A program made the translations under genes and the position numbers. From Candidatus Poseidoniaceae archaeon (GTDB taxonomy: Archaea; Thermoplasmatota; Poseidoniia; Poseidoniales; Poseidoniaceae): DNA of 64,000 bases. Below the pieces are notes generated by a model. The model searched no databases. It was not told where the DNA came from and worked only from the letters and a program-made list of their open reading frames with translations. The stretch lies in NCBI GenBank assembly GCA_965662895.1, contig CBFIJH010000004.1:64001-128000 (forward strand), in the 5' to 3' direction. Shown here piece after piece: positions 1 through 10,205 of the stretch (positions within the stretch are counted from its first letter, which is position 1; each line of letters begins with the position of its first letter).

Positions 1-3000
1 CCAACGTCGGAGAATGTTACTTCTCCCGTACCCTGAAGCACACGAGATTCTTCTGAATCAAACGAACCGTTCGTCGTTGTGAGCGTGTAGTTTTGCGTCA
101 TTGACCAAATGTTTCGCAGAACGAAATCTGTCTCGATAAGTGGTTCCCCATCGAAATCTCCGTAACCTGACCACGTGACTGTACCGGAAACACCCGAACT
201 CTGTACTTCAATGTCCATCGATTCTAGCGCAGGTGCATTCACATCACGGTCAGCTTGCGCACCCGTTACATTCAGTGTTGTTTCGCCAAGCCATGTCATG
301 TTTGCAACTTGACCAAGCACTGCCGTGATGGCATAGACTTCTCGGTCATCGTTGACATCTGTTAGAACGTCGCCAAATCCTTGGGCAAATTCACCGCTCT
401 GGATCTCTTGAATCGCTAATGTGTCATCGAAGACTCCAGCGAATGCAGAGACTCGAATTCGGCCTGCTGGTGCAAGGAAACTCCAATCTCCATTTTCATC
501 TGCGTCGGTCATCCCGATAGGAATCCAATACGTATCTTCGTCCAAATCCTCGGAATCTTCGCCTGAGAATGCGTCACGTTCGATGAGGATGCGAGCATTT
601 GGCAACCCGAGTTTATCATCTTCGGTCATGACAGTTCCTGAGATTTCCGCCCCAGAGTAGTATTTCATGACCTTCACGTTCGCATTAGCTAGGATTGCAG
701 GCGTGTCCGGGTCGTACCAGTTGGCGATGACAAAGTGATTCATCATCGCACCAGGTAGTGGATATGCCTGCTGCAGGAACGAAGTCCCTCGTGCGCTTTC
801 ACCCAACTGTTGACGTGGTTGAGGATTCGTCGAACCTGAATCAGCACCAAGCGTAGAAGCTCCGTAACCGACATAGGAACGAGCCAACATTGTATCGAAG
901 AATTCAGGGAGATGATCAATTCGAATGTCCTGGACGGTGAGTGGTTCAATTTCAGCACCGGATTGTTGGTCGAGTACGTCCTTTAACATGGCCTCATCGA
1001 CGGCTTCTCGGTCCATCTCGCGGACAGGCTGGTCGCCGCGCTTGGTTTCGTAGACTTCGTTTGTGAAGGTATTGAAATCTTGACCAGAGAGAATGGTTGG
1101 AGCACCGAAGATACCAAGTGGCCTTCCTCCGTTGTATCCTGATTCTGCTGTGTAACGACCCGCACGTGGATACAGTTTGTCATCGATGGCAAAGTATCGA
1201 ATTTCGTGATCTCGCTCAAGAGTTTCACCTGGAGCACCGTTGTAATCTTGCACTTCGTAAATGTCCTCCAATTCAATGATTGCATGATAGAGATCAACAA
1301 TTTCATCGTCAGAGAGAGCGTTGCTAAGGAATTGGACAACGAGCGCGATGTTGGCATTTGAACGGTGGATGTTGGTCGATACGGAACTGTATTCTTCAAC
1401 CATGTCCGCCGTGTACCAGTATTCACCAAAGGTGTAATGCGTTATCTCGGAGATTTCGGATGAACTTACGTCCGCATTGTTGCGGAATGTGCTGTTCGCT
1501 GCTTGCTCTGAAACATAATCACCGTTTGAACAAATGTCCTCACTTGGATTGTCACAGGGTATCATTTCTCCATCCGCCCAAACTCGGTAATGGAGACCAA
1601 GCGATTCATCAGGTATACCATTCGAATCGAGAGGATATCCTCTGGACATGAATGTGTCACCTTTGTTCTTGAAAACTTCAAAGGAGTGGTCGACGACCAT
1701 ATCCCGCATATCATCCAAGGCCATACCCTCTCGGATAACGAGGCGTTCGAGTTCAGCGTATTGCTCAGGATTGTTCAAGCCATTCTTCATAGCAGTTTCA
1801 AATTGAGGTGTGAACGACAATTCACCGGTTTTTTCCACGTTGTACGTCAAGTCTCCGATGATAAGGAGTTGCGTAAACATGGCCACCAAATCGGTCTGAC
1901 TGCGCGCAAGCAGCATGTTTCCTGAGGCAGGAATTCCACTTTGGAAGTTGTCTGCTACGGACGGGTGCTCACCTGTGTTGAGTGCTTGGAATCCGTAATC
2001 CCACCAGGATACGAAGGCGGGTTTGTCACCAAATTTCATTTCACACAGACCTGAGCCGGATAACCAAATACCGTTTTCTTGATCGCAACCAGATTCATCG
2101 GTCACACCTTCGTGGTACCTGTCTTGTTCCGCTAACCATTGATGCGCATCGTTCCAATGTTGACCGTTAAATCCACTTCCGAACGAACCCATGTAAGCTC
2201 GGCCGCCAAAAGCCTCGTAATCTCGGCTGTCAAGAATAGACACGCCAAGTCCATCCCAACGCATAATGTCAGGGACAGTGTAGTAAAACGATTCGTCCAA
2301 GTCACTCTCGGCTGGTGAATTGCTTGGGATTGCTGAATCGAGACCGTAGGTGAGTTGTTGTCCCGAGAGCATGATCAGAACAAGAACAACTGCGGAAAAG
2401 GATGGTGTTCTCCAAACTGCACGACGTGCTCCTGCAATTCGCTCCGACGGCGTTCGAATTCCTGCACGACGCCAGGTTCGTACAAGATTGTTCCAATCAG
2501 CCCACTTCCAGAATCCAACAACACCTGCTGCACCCATCACGGCAACAACTGGTGTTGCGTTGAATAGGAATCGAGCAGCTGTCCACGACATGTAGGAAGC
2601 GGTAAAAATCCATACAGCAAAGACCAATGAGATTTGACTACGCTGGCTGAAAGCCCTCCACAGAGATGTCAAACCGACAACGAGCGCGAACACGAAGACG
2701 ATCGGTCCGAAACTTGCGAACATGTATCCACGGTCGGGAGCGTTCGCTTCCGCAACGGTTCCAAAAATCTTGGTCTTGGTGAAATAACCGCTACCTGTGA
2801 ACAAGACATCCCAAGCGTTGCTCAGATCCGTCAATTTCAGGACGTACAAGGTGGCCAAAAAGACCGTTGCACCTACGCCCAGTGTTCCTAGGACGAGCAA
2901 CCAAGGCTTGTCTCGGAATCCTGTGGTAATGTACATGATTACCACTGTAAACAGCAGAATGAACAAAAATGGTTGAAGACCAGTTCCATCGAGCACCAAA

Positions 3001-4949
3001 TTCATTTGTGGGTGAGCGTAGAATGGAAGTGCAATCAAAAGGTTCGTCAAAAGCATTGTCAGGAATAGTGTGCTGAGAATCGTTGAATCACGACGTCGGA
3101 ACATGTTCAGTGCAACTTGTGCTGCATAGGCCAAGAAGAGAATTGCCGGCCCAACAACGAACCCTTTCCAACCGAGGCTTGCAGTAGCGAATGCTACACC
3201 TGCCAAAACTGCGTTTGCCATGGCGTATTGTCGCTGCTGCGCTACAGCACCCATCGCTCGAAGCATATCGAGTGGACGAATCGATGTTGTGCGAACCAGT
3301 CGTTCCGAACCTGCGTATCGGACGGCACGAAGGTAAAACATGAAACCGAGCGAGATGAACAACATCACGAAGGAATCGTGGTCTGCGAGTCCCCACGTCG
3401 AGTGCGTGACGTGAGCTGGCATGAATGCGATTAACCACGCAGCGATGACACCAGCGGCCTTGCCAAAGTGGTCGCGTGCGATTGCAGCGACTGGCAAGAT
3501 TGTCAATGCCCCGAAGATTGCTGGAAGAGCAAGCATGCTCCACCACACTGCATCATCACCAAGGACGGGTTCCATAATCATCGCACCAATTGCGAGACAC
3601 CAGGTGAACAAAGGAGGACGTGGATTGATTCCGCCGAGCGGGTAGGCTCGATCGGCATCGAGAACCAAGTGCGCATTTTGAGCGAGGATGTAATCGACAA
3701 CGCGCTTCATGTACCATGGGTCAGAACCACCTGTGAGGTCAAAACCATCCGTCCCCAATGCGTGCATTGAAGGAACAGCATACCATTGAATTCGAATGAC
3801 GAAGCCGACAATAAACGCAACGGCTGTCAAGAGTCCTGCCCAATGGGCATTCCAAAATTGTCGAGCACCGCTTGGTCGATGTTCTTCGCGATTTGACCAA
3901 CCACCGTATTTTTCATGATTCCCGATGATCGAAATTGCTACACCGAGGAAGAACGTGATGGCGAGCCAAATCAGTGGAGCCCATGATTCTGCAAACGTTT
4001 CGTTGGTCCAGAATCCTTCTTCGTACCATGAGCCGATGAGATACAGACCCCAGAGTGATGAAAGCGTCATTGCACGTGTCAACCAGCGTTCAGCGACCAT
4101 ACCAGAAACGATGATGGCCACAATTCCTGTCAGAAGTGCGGAGTAATAGCCGACGAAGCCGTTTGCTTCAACGCCGCCGAGACCGCCCAAGCGTAGTCGA
4201 TCTGCAATCGTGCCTTGGTCGAAGTGCCAGATTGTGGCGAGATGGGCTGCTGCCCAAACAAAGAGTGCAATTTGCAGAGGAAGAGCTTGGCGATTCCAGC
4301 CTTCTTCGACTTTGTTGAATGAGAACCATCCCTTTTCTCCAGCAGGGTTCAGAAGACCACGGCCAGCGACACCGGCAAGCAGACCGAGAATGACGAAGAC
4401 TGTGAACCACGTAAAGAAGACAAACCCAATGGCTGTTTCTTGGAACGTCGAGACATCGAAGGATTGTCCTTCAGAAAACTCGTATACGGTTGGCAAATAT
4501 CCATCGACGGCAGCTGCGGCTGCAATATCAAACGCTGCATGAACGCCAACACCTGCAAACACAAGCATCGTCATCCATTCATATCGTTCCCGGGAATCAA
4601 GCAGATAGCCACCGAAAAGGATGATGAAGAATGTAAAGCCCACGAAACCATCGGTTTGGCCTTCAACCAATCCAGAACCTACGAGTGCGAGGACAAACAT
4701 TGCGAGGGAGATTTGTGTTTGTGATACGGACTCTGGAAGGCTACCGAGCTGGTCGAGAATGCGGGGAGTGACGGCCAAGAGACCGGCAATTCCTGTAACG
4801 ATGAATGGCGTCATCGTATCGCTGTTCAATTCGACATCGATCGACATCAGTCCATCGACGTAGTTTGCTAGTACTGCAATGAGAACCGCAAGTGGGGCGA
4901 TAAGCCAGCCAAAAACGGGTCGTTGCGAGGTCGTAGTTACCTTTTCCAT
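1..4949 (-). CDS. aglB: Giant STT3/AglB-family oligosaccharyltransferase with N-terminal membrane extension and C-terminal carboxypeptidase-regulatory-like beta domains (3'-truncated at window edge)
   Basis: ATG at 4949 (MEKVTTTSQRPVFGWL...). In-frame GSDPWYMKRVVDY (D codon 3722-3720), YPLGGINPRPP and AFVSWWDYGFQ (WWDYG at 2006-1992). The ORF track lists no stop-terminated ORF in this frame, and spot translations stay open to base 1. Confidence 0.9.
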   Translation of the reverse strand, partial: MEKVTTTSQRPVFGWLIAPLAVLIAVLANYVDGLMSIDVELNSDTMTPFIVTGIAGLLAVTPRILDQLGSLPESVSQTQISLAMFVLALVGSGLVEGQTDGFVGFTFFIILFGGYLLDSRERYEWMTMLVFAGVGVHAAFDIAAAAAVDGYLPTVYEFSEGQSFDVSTFQETAIGFVFFTWFTVFVILGLLAGVAGRGLLNPAGEKGWFSFNKVEEGWNRQALPLQIALFVWAAAHLATIWHFDQGTIADRLRLGGLGGVEANGFVGYYSALLTGIVAIIVSGMVAERWLTRAMTLSSLWGLYLIGSWYEEGFWTNETFAESWAPLIWLAITFFLGVAISIIGNHEKYGGWSNREEHRPSGARQFWNAHWAGLLTAVAFIVGFVIRIQWYAVPSMHALGTDGFDLTGGSDPWYMKRVVDYILAQNAHLVLDADRAYPLGGINPRPPLFTWCLAIGAMIMEPVLGDDAVWWSMLALPAIFGALTILPVAAIARDHFGKAAGVIAAWLIAFMPAHVTHSTWGLADHDSFVMLFISLGFMFYLRAVRYAGSERLVRTTSIRPLDMLRAMGAVAQQRQYAMANAVLAGVAFATASLGWKGFVVGPAILFLAYAAQVALNMFRRRDSTILSTLFLTMLLTNLLIALPFYAHPQMNLVLDGTGLQPFLFILLFTVVIMYITTGFRDKPWLLVLGTLGVGATVFLATLYVLKLTDLSNAWDVLFTGSGYFTKTKIFGTVAEANAPDRGYMFASFGPIVFVFALVVGLTSLWRAFSQRSQISLVFAVWIFTASYMSWTAARFLFNATPVVAVMGAAGVVGFWKWADWNNLVRTWRRAGIRTPSERIAGARRAVWRTPSFSAVVLVLIMLSGQQLTYGLDSAIPSNSPAESDLDESFYYTVPDIMRWDGLGVSILDSRDYEAFGGRAYMGSFGSGFNGQHWNDAHQWLAEQDRYHEGVTDESGCDQENGIWLSGSGLCEMKFGDKPAFVSWWDYGFQALNTGEHPSVADNFQSGIPASGNMLLARSQTDLVAMFTQLLIIGDLTYNVEKTGELSFTPQFETAMKNGLNNPEQYAELERLVIREGMALDDMRDMVVDHSFEVFKNKGDTFMSRGYPLDSNGIPDESLGLHYRVWADGEMIPCDNPSEDICSNGDYVSEQAANSTFRNNADVSSSEISEITHYTFGEYWYTADMVEEYSSVSTNIHRSNANIALVVQFLSNALSDDEIVDLYHAIIELEDIYEVQDYNGAPGETLERDHEIRYFAIDDKLYPRAGRYTAESGYNGGRPLGIFGAPTILSGQDFNTFTNEVYETKRGDQPVREMDREAVDEAMLKDVLDQQSGAEIEPLTVQDIRIDHLPEFFDTMLARSYVGYGASTLGADSGSTNPQPRQQLGESARGTSFLQQAYPLPGAMMNHFVIANWYDPDTPAILANANVKVMKYYSGAEISGTVMTEDDKLGLPNARILIERDAFSGEDSEDLDEDTYWIPIGMTDADENGDWSFLAPAGRIRVSAFAGVFDDTLAIQEIQSGEFAQGFGDVLTDVNDDREVYAITAVLGQVANMTWLGETTLNVTGAQADRDVNAPALESMDIEVQSSGVSGTVTWSGYGDFDGEPLIETDFVLRNIWSMTQNYTLTTTNGSFDSEESRVLQGTGEVTFSDV

Positions 4950-5046
4950 TTTGTTCCCTCAGAGGATTGCTCGACAGCAGCAGGGCTGGAGCGTTTTGCC
5001 CACTTTCGACCTTCTTTTAACAATGACGATGCGGGGGGAGAGTGAA

Positions 5047-5070
5047 TCGGTGTACGTCACCGAATTTTTT
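5047..5070. terminator. Hairpin (TCGGTG-tacgt-CACCGA) with adjacent T-run just downstream of the purD stop; possible terminator
   Basis: Perfect 6-bp inverted repeat 5047-5063 followed by ATTTTTT on the + strand. Orientation is ambiguous because both flanking genes are on the - strand. Confidence 0.35.
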
Positions 5071-5072
5071 GT

Positions 5073-6335
5073 TCACAAAGCTCGATGTCCGATGTCCGTC
5101 CGATGGTGGGAGCCTTCGAGCTCAATTTGATGCAATCTCTGATAGGATTGTTCTCGTGCTTCAAGAAGAGAATCGGCAACCGAGGTCACCGATAAGACAC
5201 GGCCTCCGGAAGAGAGCAATGTACCGTTTTCATCTTTGGTTGTACCAGCATGATTCACCCAGGTTTTCGTTGTGTCCAACGAACGGTCTATTCCATGAAT
5301 TGGGCGACCTTTGACTGCTGCTTGTGGATATCCTTCGGAAGCAAGAACGACAGTCAGCGCATGTTTCTGTTTTGATATAACATCCATGCTTTCCAAGCAA
5401 TCGGTCGCGGCATTGAACAAGAGGTCGCCGACATCCGCATCGATAAGGGGCAATGTTACTTGGCATTCAGGATCGCCGAATCGTACGTTAAATTCGACGA
5501 CAGATGGATCTCCATTTGCATCAATCATGAGGCCAACATAGAGAACACCACGGTATGGAATGTGCATCGATGAGAGATAGGAAAACATGGGTTCAACGAT
5601 GCGTTCAACGATTTTTCGATGAATTTCCTCGGTCACGACTGGGGCTGGGCAGTATGCGCCCATGCCGCCAGTGTTGGGCCCGTTGTCCCCATCGAAAGCA
5701 CGCTTGTGGTCTTGACTCGCCGGTAAGCAAACATAACCGGATTTATCCATAACGACCAGCATACTTGCCTCCTCACCAGGGAGAAATTTCTCAAGTAAAA
5801 CGTGTCCATCGGACTTGATGGATTGGTGGATGAACTCTTTCGCTTCACGAAGATCTGAGGTCACGACAACCCCTTTTCCTCCAGCTAGGACATCGCGTTT
5901 GATGACCCATGGTTCATCGGAGTACCGTTCCAGACAAGCATCAATGTCCGTTGTGTCGTCAAGAAGATCGTATTCAGCGGTCGGAACTCCTGCGGATTTC
6001 ATTGCTTGCTTGGCAAAGAGCTTCGAGCCTTCAAGCTCTGCGTGAATTTGTTGTGGCCCAAAGCACGGAATTCCGTTTTCTATGAGCATGTCTGCAAGTC
6101 CATCGCACAACGGCGCTTCAGGACCAACGACCACAAAATCAACGTTCAATCGGTTTGAGAGTTCGACCAAACCGTCAATGTTCGACGCACTGATGTCATG
6201 ATTTGAGCCAAAGGATTCTGTCCCAGCATTCCCTGGTGCCACATGTATCCCCTGAATCGATGGGGATTTTGACAAAGCGAGGCACAATGCATGTTCCCGG
6301 CCACCTCCACCCACGACAAGTACCGTCCGACCCAT
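5073..6335 (-). CDS. purD: Phosphoribosylamine--glycine ligase
   Basis: VLVVGGGGREHAL, APGNAG, VVVGPEAPL, LEGSKLFAK, QDHKRAFDGDNGPNTGGMGAY, EFNVRFGDPECQ, SGGRVL; start trimmed to ATG 6335. Confidence 0.97.
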   Translation of the reverse strand: MGRTVLVVGGGGREHALCLALSKSPSIQGIHVAPGNAGTESFGSNHDISASNIDGLVELSNRLNVDFVVVGPEAPLCDGLADMLIENGIPCFGPQQIHAELEGSKLFAKQAMKSAGVPTAEYDLLDDTTDIDACLERYSDEPWVIKRDVLAGGKGVVVTSDLREAKEFIHQSIKSDGHVLLEKFLPGEEASMLVVMDKSGYVCLPASQDHKRAFDGDNGPNTGGMGAYCPAPVVTEEIHRKIVERIVEPMFSYLSSMHIPYRGVLYVGLMIDANGDPSVVEFNVRFGDPECQVTLPLIDADVGDLLFNAATDCLESMDVISKQKHALTVVLASEGYPQAAVKGRPIHGIDRSLDTTKTWVNHAGTTKDENGTLLSSGGRVLSVTSVADSLLEAREQSYQRLHQIELEGSHHRTDIGHRAL

Positions 6336-6426
6336 ACACGTGGCTACAGCATTGGGCTGATAATTCAACCGCTTTGGTCTTCAGTGGACAACAGTCTTCA
6401 TGTGCTTCGTGTGCTTCGTGAGACGC

Positions 6427-7089
6427 ATGAGCAACGTTGCAGAAGCGACGGACATGGGCCTGTTTCTACTCGCATTGATGACATTGTGGCTCTATCTTCC
6501 TGGTTTCATCGCCAATACATTCGCAATGATGTGGGGCAAGTGGCTGCCAAAGACAGGATATGGCCCTTGGCCGATAGATGGAGGACGAGTTCTCAGTGAT
6601 GGCAATCGTATGCTTGGAGATGGGAAGACTTGGAATGGCTTGATTGGTGGGTCGCTTACGGCGGGATTCCTGTGCATGCTCCAGGTTGCAATTGTTGGAA
6701 CGGCGTTCGAAGAAGCATCGGTTTTCGTCACACCACTAACAGGTTCGGAAGGCGCGTGGTTCTCGGTTGGTGGACCCTGGCTTACGGCTTACATCCTTGG
6801 ATCGTTTCTTGGGTTTGCGTGCCTGATTGGTGACATGACGGGTTCCTTTTTCAAGCGACGACGTGGATTGAAGCGCGAAGGTGATGTTTCGTCAAAAGCC
6901 CCACTTCTCGATACGTTGCCTTTCGCCATCATGGTGTTTCTTTGGGGCCAGTTGTTCCTTGGCCCATCGCTGCTGTCTTCAACCGATTTGATGCTTCCTA
7001 TGGTCATCATCATCGCCATCACTCCAATCTTGCACCGTTCATTCAATCTGATTGGATATGCAATCGGTTGGAAGGATGTTCCGTACTAA
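6427..7089 (+). CDS. carS: CDP-archaeol synthase (DUF46)
   Basis: LPGFIAN, PIDGG...DGNRMLGDGKTWNG, GDMTGSFFKRRRG, APLLDTLPF and the C-terminal IGWKDVPY, all typical of CarS. Confidence 0.92.
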   Translation: MSNVAEATDMGLFLLALMTLWLYLPGFIANTFAMMWGKWLPKTGYGPWPIDGGRVLSDGNRMLGDGKTWNGLIGGSLTAGFLCMLQVAIVGTAFEEASVFVTPLTGSEGAWFSVGGPWLTAYILGSFLGFACLIGDMTGSFFKRRRGLKREGDVSSKAPLLDTLPFAIMVFLWGQLFLGPSLLSSTDLMLPMVIIIAITPILHRSFNLIGYAIGWKDVPY

Positions 7090-7129
7090 AGAGAGAAGGA
7101 TTGATTTTCTTTAGCGTACTGGAACGACC

Positions 7130-8878
7130 ATGCGAACCGCATCCTTCCTAGCCTTCATTCTGATTACATCGATTGCAGTAACGGTCCCAGTTACTGCATC
7201 GCCTCCCGCTCAAGGAGGTAGCGAAACCATTACCGACACTGTCTCATGGACCGAAGATGGAGATTTTGATGGAGAAGTCATTGTAAAAAGCGGGGGTGAA
7301 CTTCACTGGTCGGGGGACATCTCAGTCAAGCAAAATTCTCACGTTCGCATCGAGGAGGGTGGAACCTTGCACCTTGATTCGGCGATGCTTGTTGGTGAAA
7401 ATGCGGCATCAACGCTGCTCATCTATGATGGGAGTGAGATTGTAATCGACGAAAACATAGCAGACTCGTCAGCAACAATGACCTTGTTCTTCAACATTGA
7501 CGTCCCAGAAACGGCATTCCTTAATCTCACAATCGACGATGTTACAACTGGAGAGATTACTGGAGACAGTGCATCATTCACAGTCGATTTGTCACAAGCG
7601 GTCGATATTGTTGTCGAGCATTATTACCCACTGTATTTGGGGATTACACACGTCGAACTTTTCCATTCCAACGCTGAATTACGAACCATCAATGCGGATG
7701 AGCTTCAACAAACCGGAGGCAACCTCATTTGGAACCAAGCGTCGTTCAAAATCGAAAACCATGGCACGCTCATTATCGATGCCTCGACAATTCTTGGTGC
7801 GAACATCACGTGTGACGGTGCATGCTCAGTCCTCAACTCAGATCTGCACGGTAGTGGACCCATTCATGTCACCAATGGAAATCACATCGATGTCATTGAA
7901 TCAACAATGCTTGGTTCCCGCACCGATGAGGACATTATTTTGCATGATCAGGCAACCATTGAGTACACGAATTCATCGGGGACTGGTGGATACACGGATG
8001 CATGGATTCGACTTCTCTCAAAGCGAGAATTGTCCATCAATGCTCCAACTGCTACAGTTGTTGCTACCGGAATTGGTTACGGAGGAAACACGATTAACAC
8101 CATCATCAATGGTGACCCGAACGATTCCAGCACGTGGGTGGTTGACATCGGAACAAACGAACATAAGCGAATTGTTGAATGGCTCGATGGCAGTGGAGTC
8201 TACGGAGAGGAATCTGGCACCATCAAAGTCACCGTTGAAACCAACTGGGGGAATTTTGTTGCCGATACCACAGCACCACGCTTGTCAAGCGCAGCGATTG
8301 ATATTGAATATCCGACATTGAACATCGACAAAATCGAACCTGAAGCTGTTACTGCAGACACTGGACGGTCCCATGGAGTGATGGTTACCGTCTCCAATAC
8401 TGGAACGATTGCAGTTGATCCGAACGTTCGCTGCTATGTTGATGACGTGGAAGCAGATACCACGGCGAGTACTGCGAATTGGGCGGTCGAACCAGGTCAA
8501 ACAAAGGATGTTCCAATCACGTGGTATCATAATTCCGATGGAGCTGTTCAATTGACCTGCAAGTTCCTTTACCCGGATGTTCTTGAACCAGTTCAAAGCC
8601 TCATCGCAAACGAACAAGGAACAACATCAGGCGAGGTGTCATGGACGACGGCAGAAGAGGTTGAGGAATTACCAATCGTGCTTTATGGAGCCATCATCCT
8701 ATTGGTGGTCGTTCTTGCAGCAGCGATTGGTCTACGCGCAAGCAAGGAAATTTCGAAAGATTACATTGCTGAAGAGACGCATGTTGAACAAGAGGATCGC
8801 ATCGAAGAGGATGTCACCGACGAGCCTACAGAAGAATGGCTCGATGCTGAAGGCAACCCGATTATTTCAAACGAATAG
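7130..8878 (+). CDS. Secreted acidic surface protein with beta-rich N-region, CARDB-like domain and C-terminal TM anchor
   Basis: Signal peptide; VTVSNTG...V..YVD...VEPGQTKDVPITW resembles CARDB; TM LPIVLYGAIILLVVVLAAAIGL followed by an acidic tail. Confidence 0.7.
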   Translation: MRTASFLAFILITSIAVTVPVTASPPAQGGSETITDTVSWTEDGDFDGEVIVKSGGELHWSGDISVKQNSHVRIEEGGTLHLDSAMLVGENAASTLLIYDGSEIVIDENIADSSATMTLFFNIDVPETAFLNLTIDDVTTGEITGDSASFTVDLSQAVDIVVEHYYPLYLGITHVELFHSNAELRTINADELQQTGGNLIWNQASFKIENHGTLIIDASTILGANITCDGACSVLNSDLHGSGPIHVTNGNHIDVIESTMLGSRTDEDIILHDQATIEYTNSSGTGGYTDAWIRLLSKRELSINAPTATVVATGIGYGGNTINTIINGDPNDSSTWVVDIGTNEHKRIVEWLDGSGVYGEESGTIKVTVETNWGNFVADTTAPRLSSAAIDIEYPTLNIDKIEPEAVTADTGRSHGVMVTVSNTGTIAVDPNVRCYVDDVEADTTASTANWAVEPGQTKDVPITWYHNSDGAVQLTCKFLYPDVLEPVQSLIANEQGTTSGEVSWTTAEEVEELPIVLYGAIILLVVVLAAAIGLRASKEISKDYIAEETHVEQEDRIEEDVTDEPTEEWLDAEGNPIISNE

Positions 8879-8884
8879 TTGTGC

Positions 8885-10123
8885 CTAGCAGGTGTTCATA
8901 TCCCACGGGCCCTCTTTGTTTGCTTCAAAGTCAAGATCCCAGGAAACATCGTCTTGGATGAGAACCAAATCATCACCAGAACTCAATGAATTTGTGATGG
9001 TTACTTGGAAGGTATAACAATCATCTCCATCGTAGAATGTATCCAAGTCAAGGTACTCGGTTCCAACTTGATCCGTCGCAGGACCAGGCATCAAAAACCA
9101 GCCGTTCACGCTAACACTTGAATCGCCTCGACAGGATGTCGCAGTCGTTCCTGAAACTTCGATGTATGGGAATCCATTTTGGGCAGAGGGACAACCTTGT
9201 GAACTGGATTGCCCATAAACGACGGTGTTGCCTCGCTTGATGACCATCTCAAGCGTGTAATCACCTTCCACCCAAATCCCATTTGCGTCGGTGTGTCCTC
9301 CGCCATTTTCGTGCGTGTGTGAAGTTGGTAGCAAACCAGCCATCATTTCAACAACAATTCCATCGATTTCGGTAGAAGTATCACCGTTGCTGGTCTCTGT
9401 TTTTGTTTTGGGCGTAATCTTCACTCCTGAATCAAGAACTTCTCTTGTCATGAATTCAGGATTAATATCGATGGTCTGTGTGGTATCCCCACTGGTAACT
9501 GAAATCTGATACTCGATTGCAGGAGTGGTTGGGCAACTTCCCGAGTTGCATTGCCAAGCATTACCAACAAAAATTTCCGATATAGCAACCGTAAATCGAG
9601 CTGATTCAGCGTTGAGTTCTTTGCTCTGTGACCATTTCTCAACGCCATCAGCGGTGATGACTGCATCAACAGAACTGGCAGAACCGATAACACGGAAGGA
9701 AATCTCATCGGAGTCTTCTTTTAATTCGAGATCACGAATACCAAAGGATCCACTATCAGGCATAATCATTGAAACACCATATGGGCCTGCAGCAAGAAGG
9801 ACTGCAAGTACCGCTGCGCCACCCATCCGCACCGGATTAACGCCTTCTTCAGACATGTTTTGGCCGGCATAGAGTGCACCGATTCCGATTACCAGCACGC
9901 TTAGAACAACAATCAGGCCCCAAGAGCCTCCCTGTAGGGAGAGTAGACCGCCAACAACGATGATTGCCCAACCTATCGAAGTGAGGATTGTTGGGATGTC
10001 CGGTCCATCGTTTGGTTGAACGTTGGATAGTCCGCCGGCAGCTTCTGGCTTGACTTCATGTTCCACAGATTTGGATTGGGCTGTTTCTTCTGCTGCTGTA
10101 GCCTTGCTCAAGAGTCCACTCAT
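8885..10123 (-). CDS. Hypothetical membrane-anchored protein (3 N-terminal TMs, acidic extracellular domain with Cys pairs)
   Basis: 412-aa ORF with hydrophobic segments at about aa 45-120 and a beta-rich acidic remainder. Confidence 0.75.
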   Translation of the reverse strand: MSGLLSKATAAEETAQSKSVEHEVKPEAAGGLSNVQPNDGPDIPTILTSIGWAIIVVGGLLSLQGGSWGLIVVLSVLVIGIGALYAGQNMSEEGVNPVRMGGAAVLAVLLAAGPYGVSMIMPDSGSFGIRDLELKEDSDEISFRVIGSASSVDAVITADGVEKWSQSKELNAESARFTVAISEIFVGNAWQCNSGSCPTTPAIEYQISVTSGDTTQTIDINPEFMTREVLDSGVKITPKTKTETSNGDTSTEIDGIVVEMMAGLLPTSHTHENGGGHTDANGIWVEGDYTLEMVIKRGNTVVYGQSSSQGCPSAQNGFPYIEVSGTTATSCRGDSSVSVNGWFLMPGPATDQVGTEYLDLDTFYDGDDCYTFQVTITNSLSSGDDLVLIQDDVSWDLDFEANKEGPWDMNTC

Positions 10124-10205
10124 CTTCTCAACTCATAAGTATCCTCGCATGGATAGGTTATGAACCCAACCCCAACAAGAGCGAGCATTTGTGAGAATTC
10201 ACAGG

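Noticed and set aside
421-4863. Numerous short ORFs in the track over the first 5 kb
   Set aside because: They are shadows of the single long minus-strand aglB frame.
7497-8321. 274-aa alternative-frame ORF
   Set aside because: Nested in the 582-aa surface protein gene; Ser/Leu/Met-rich composition typical of an off-frame read.
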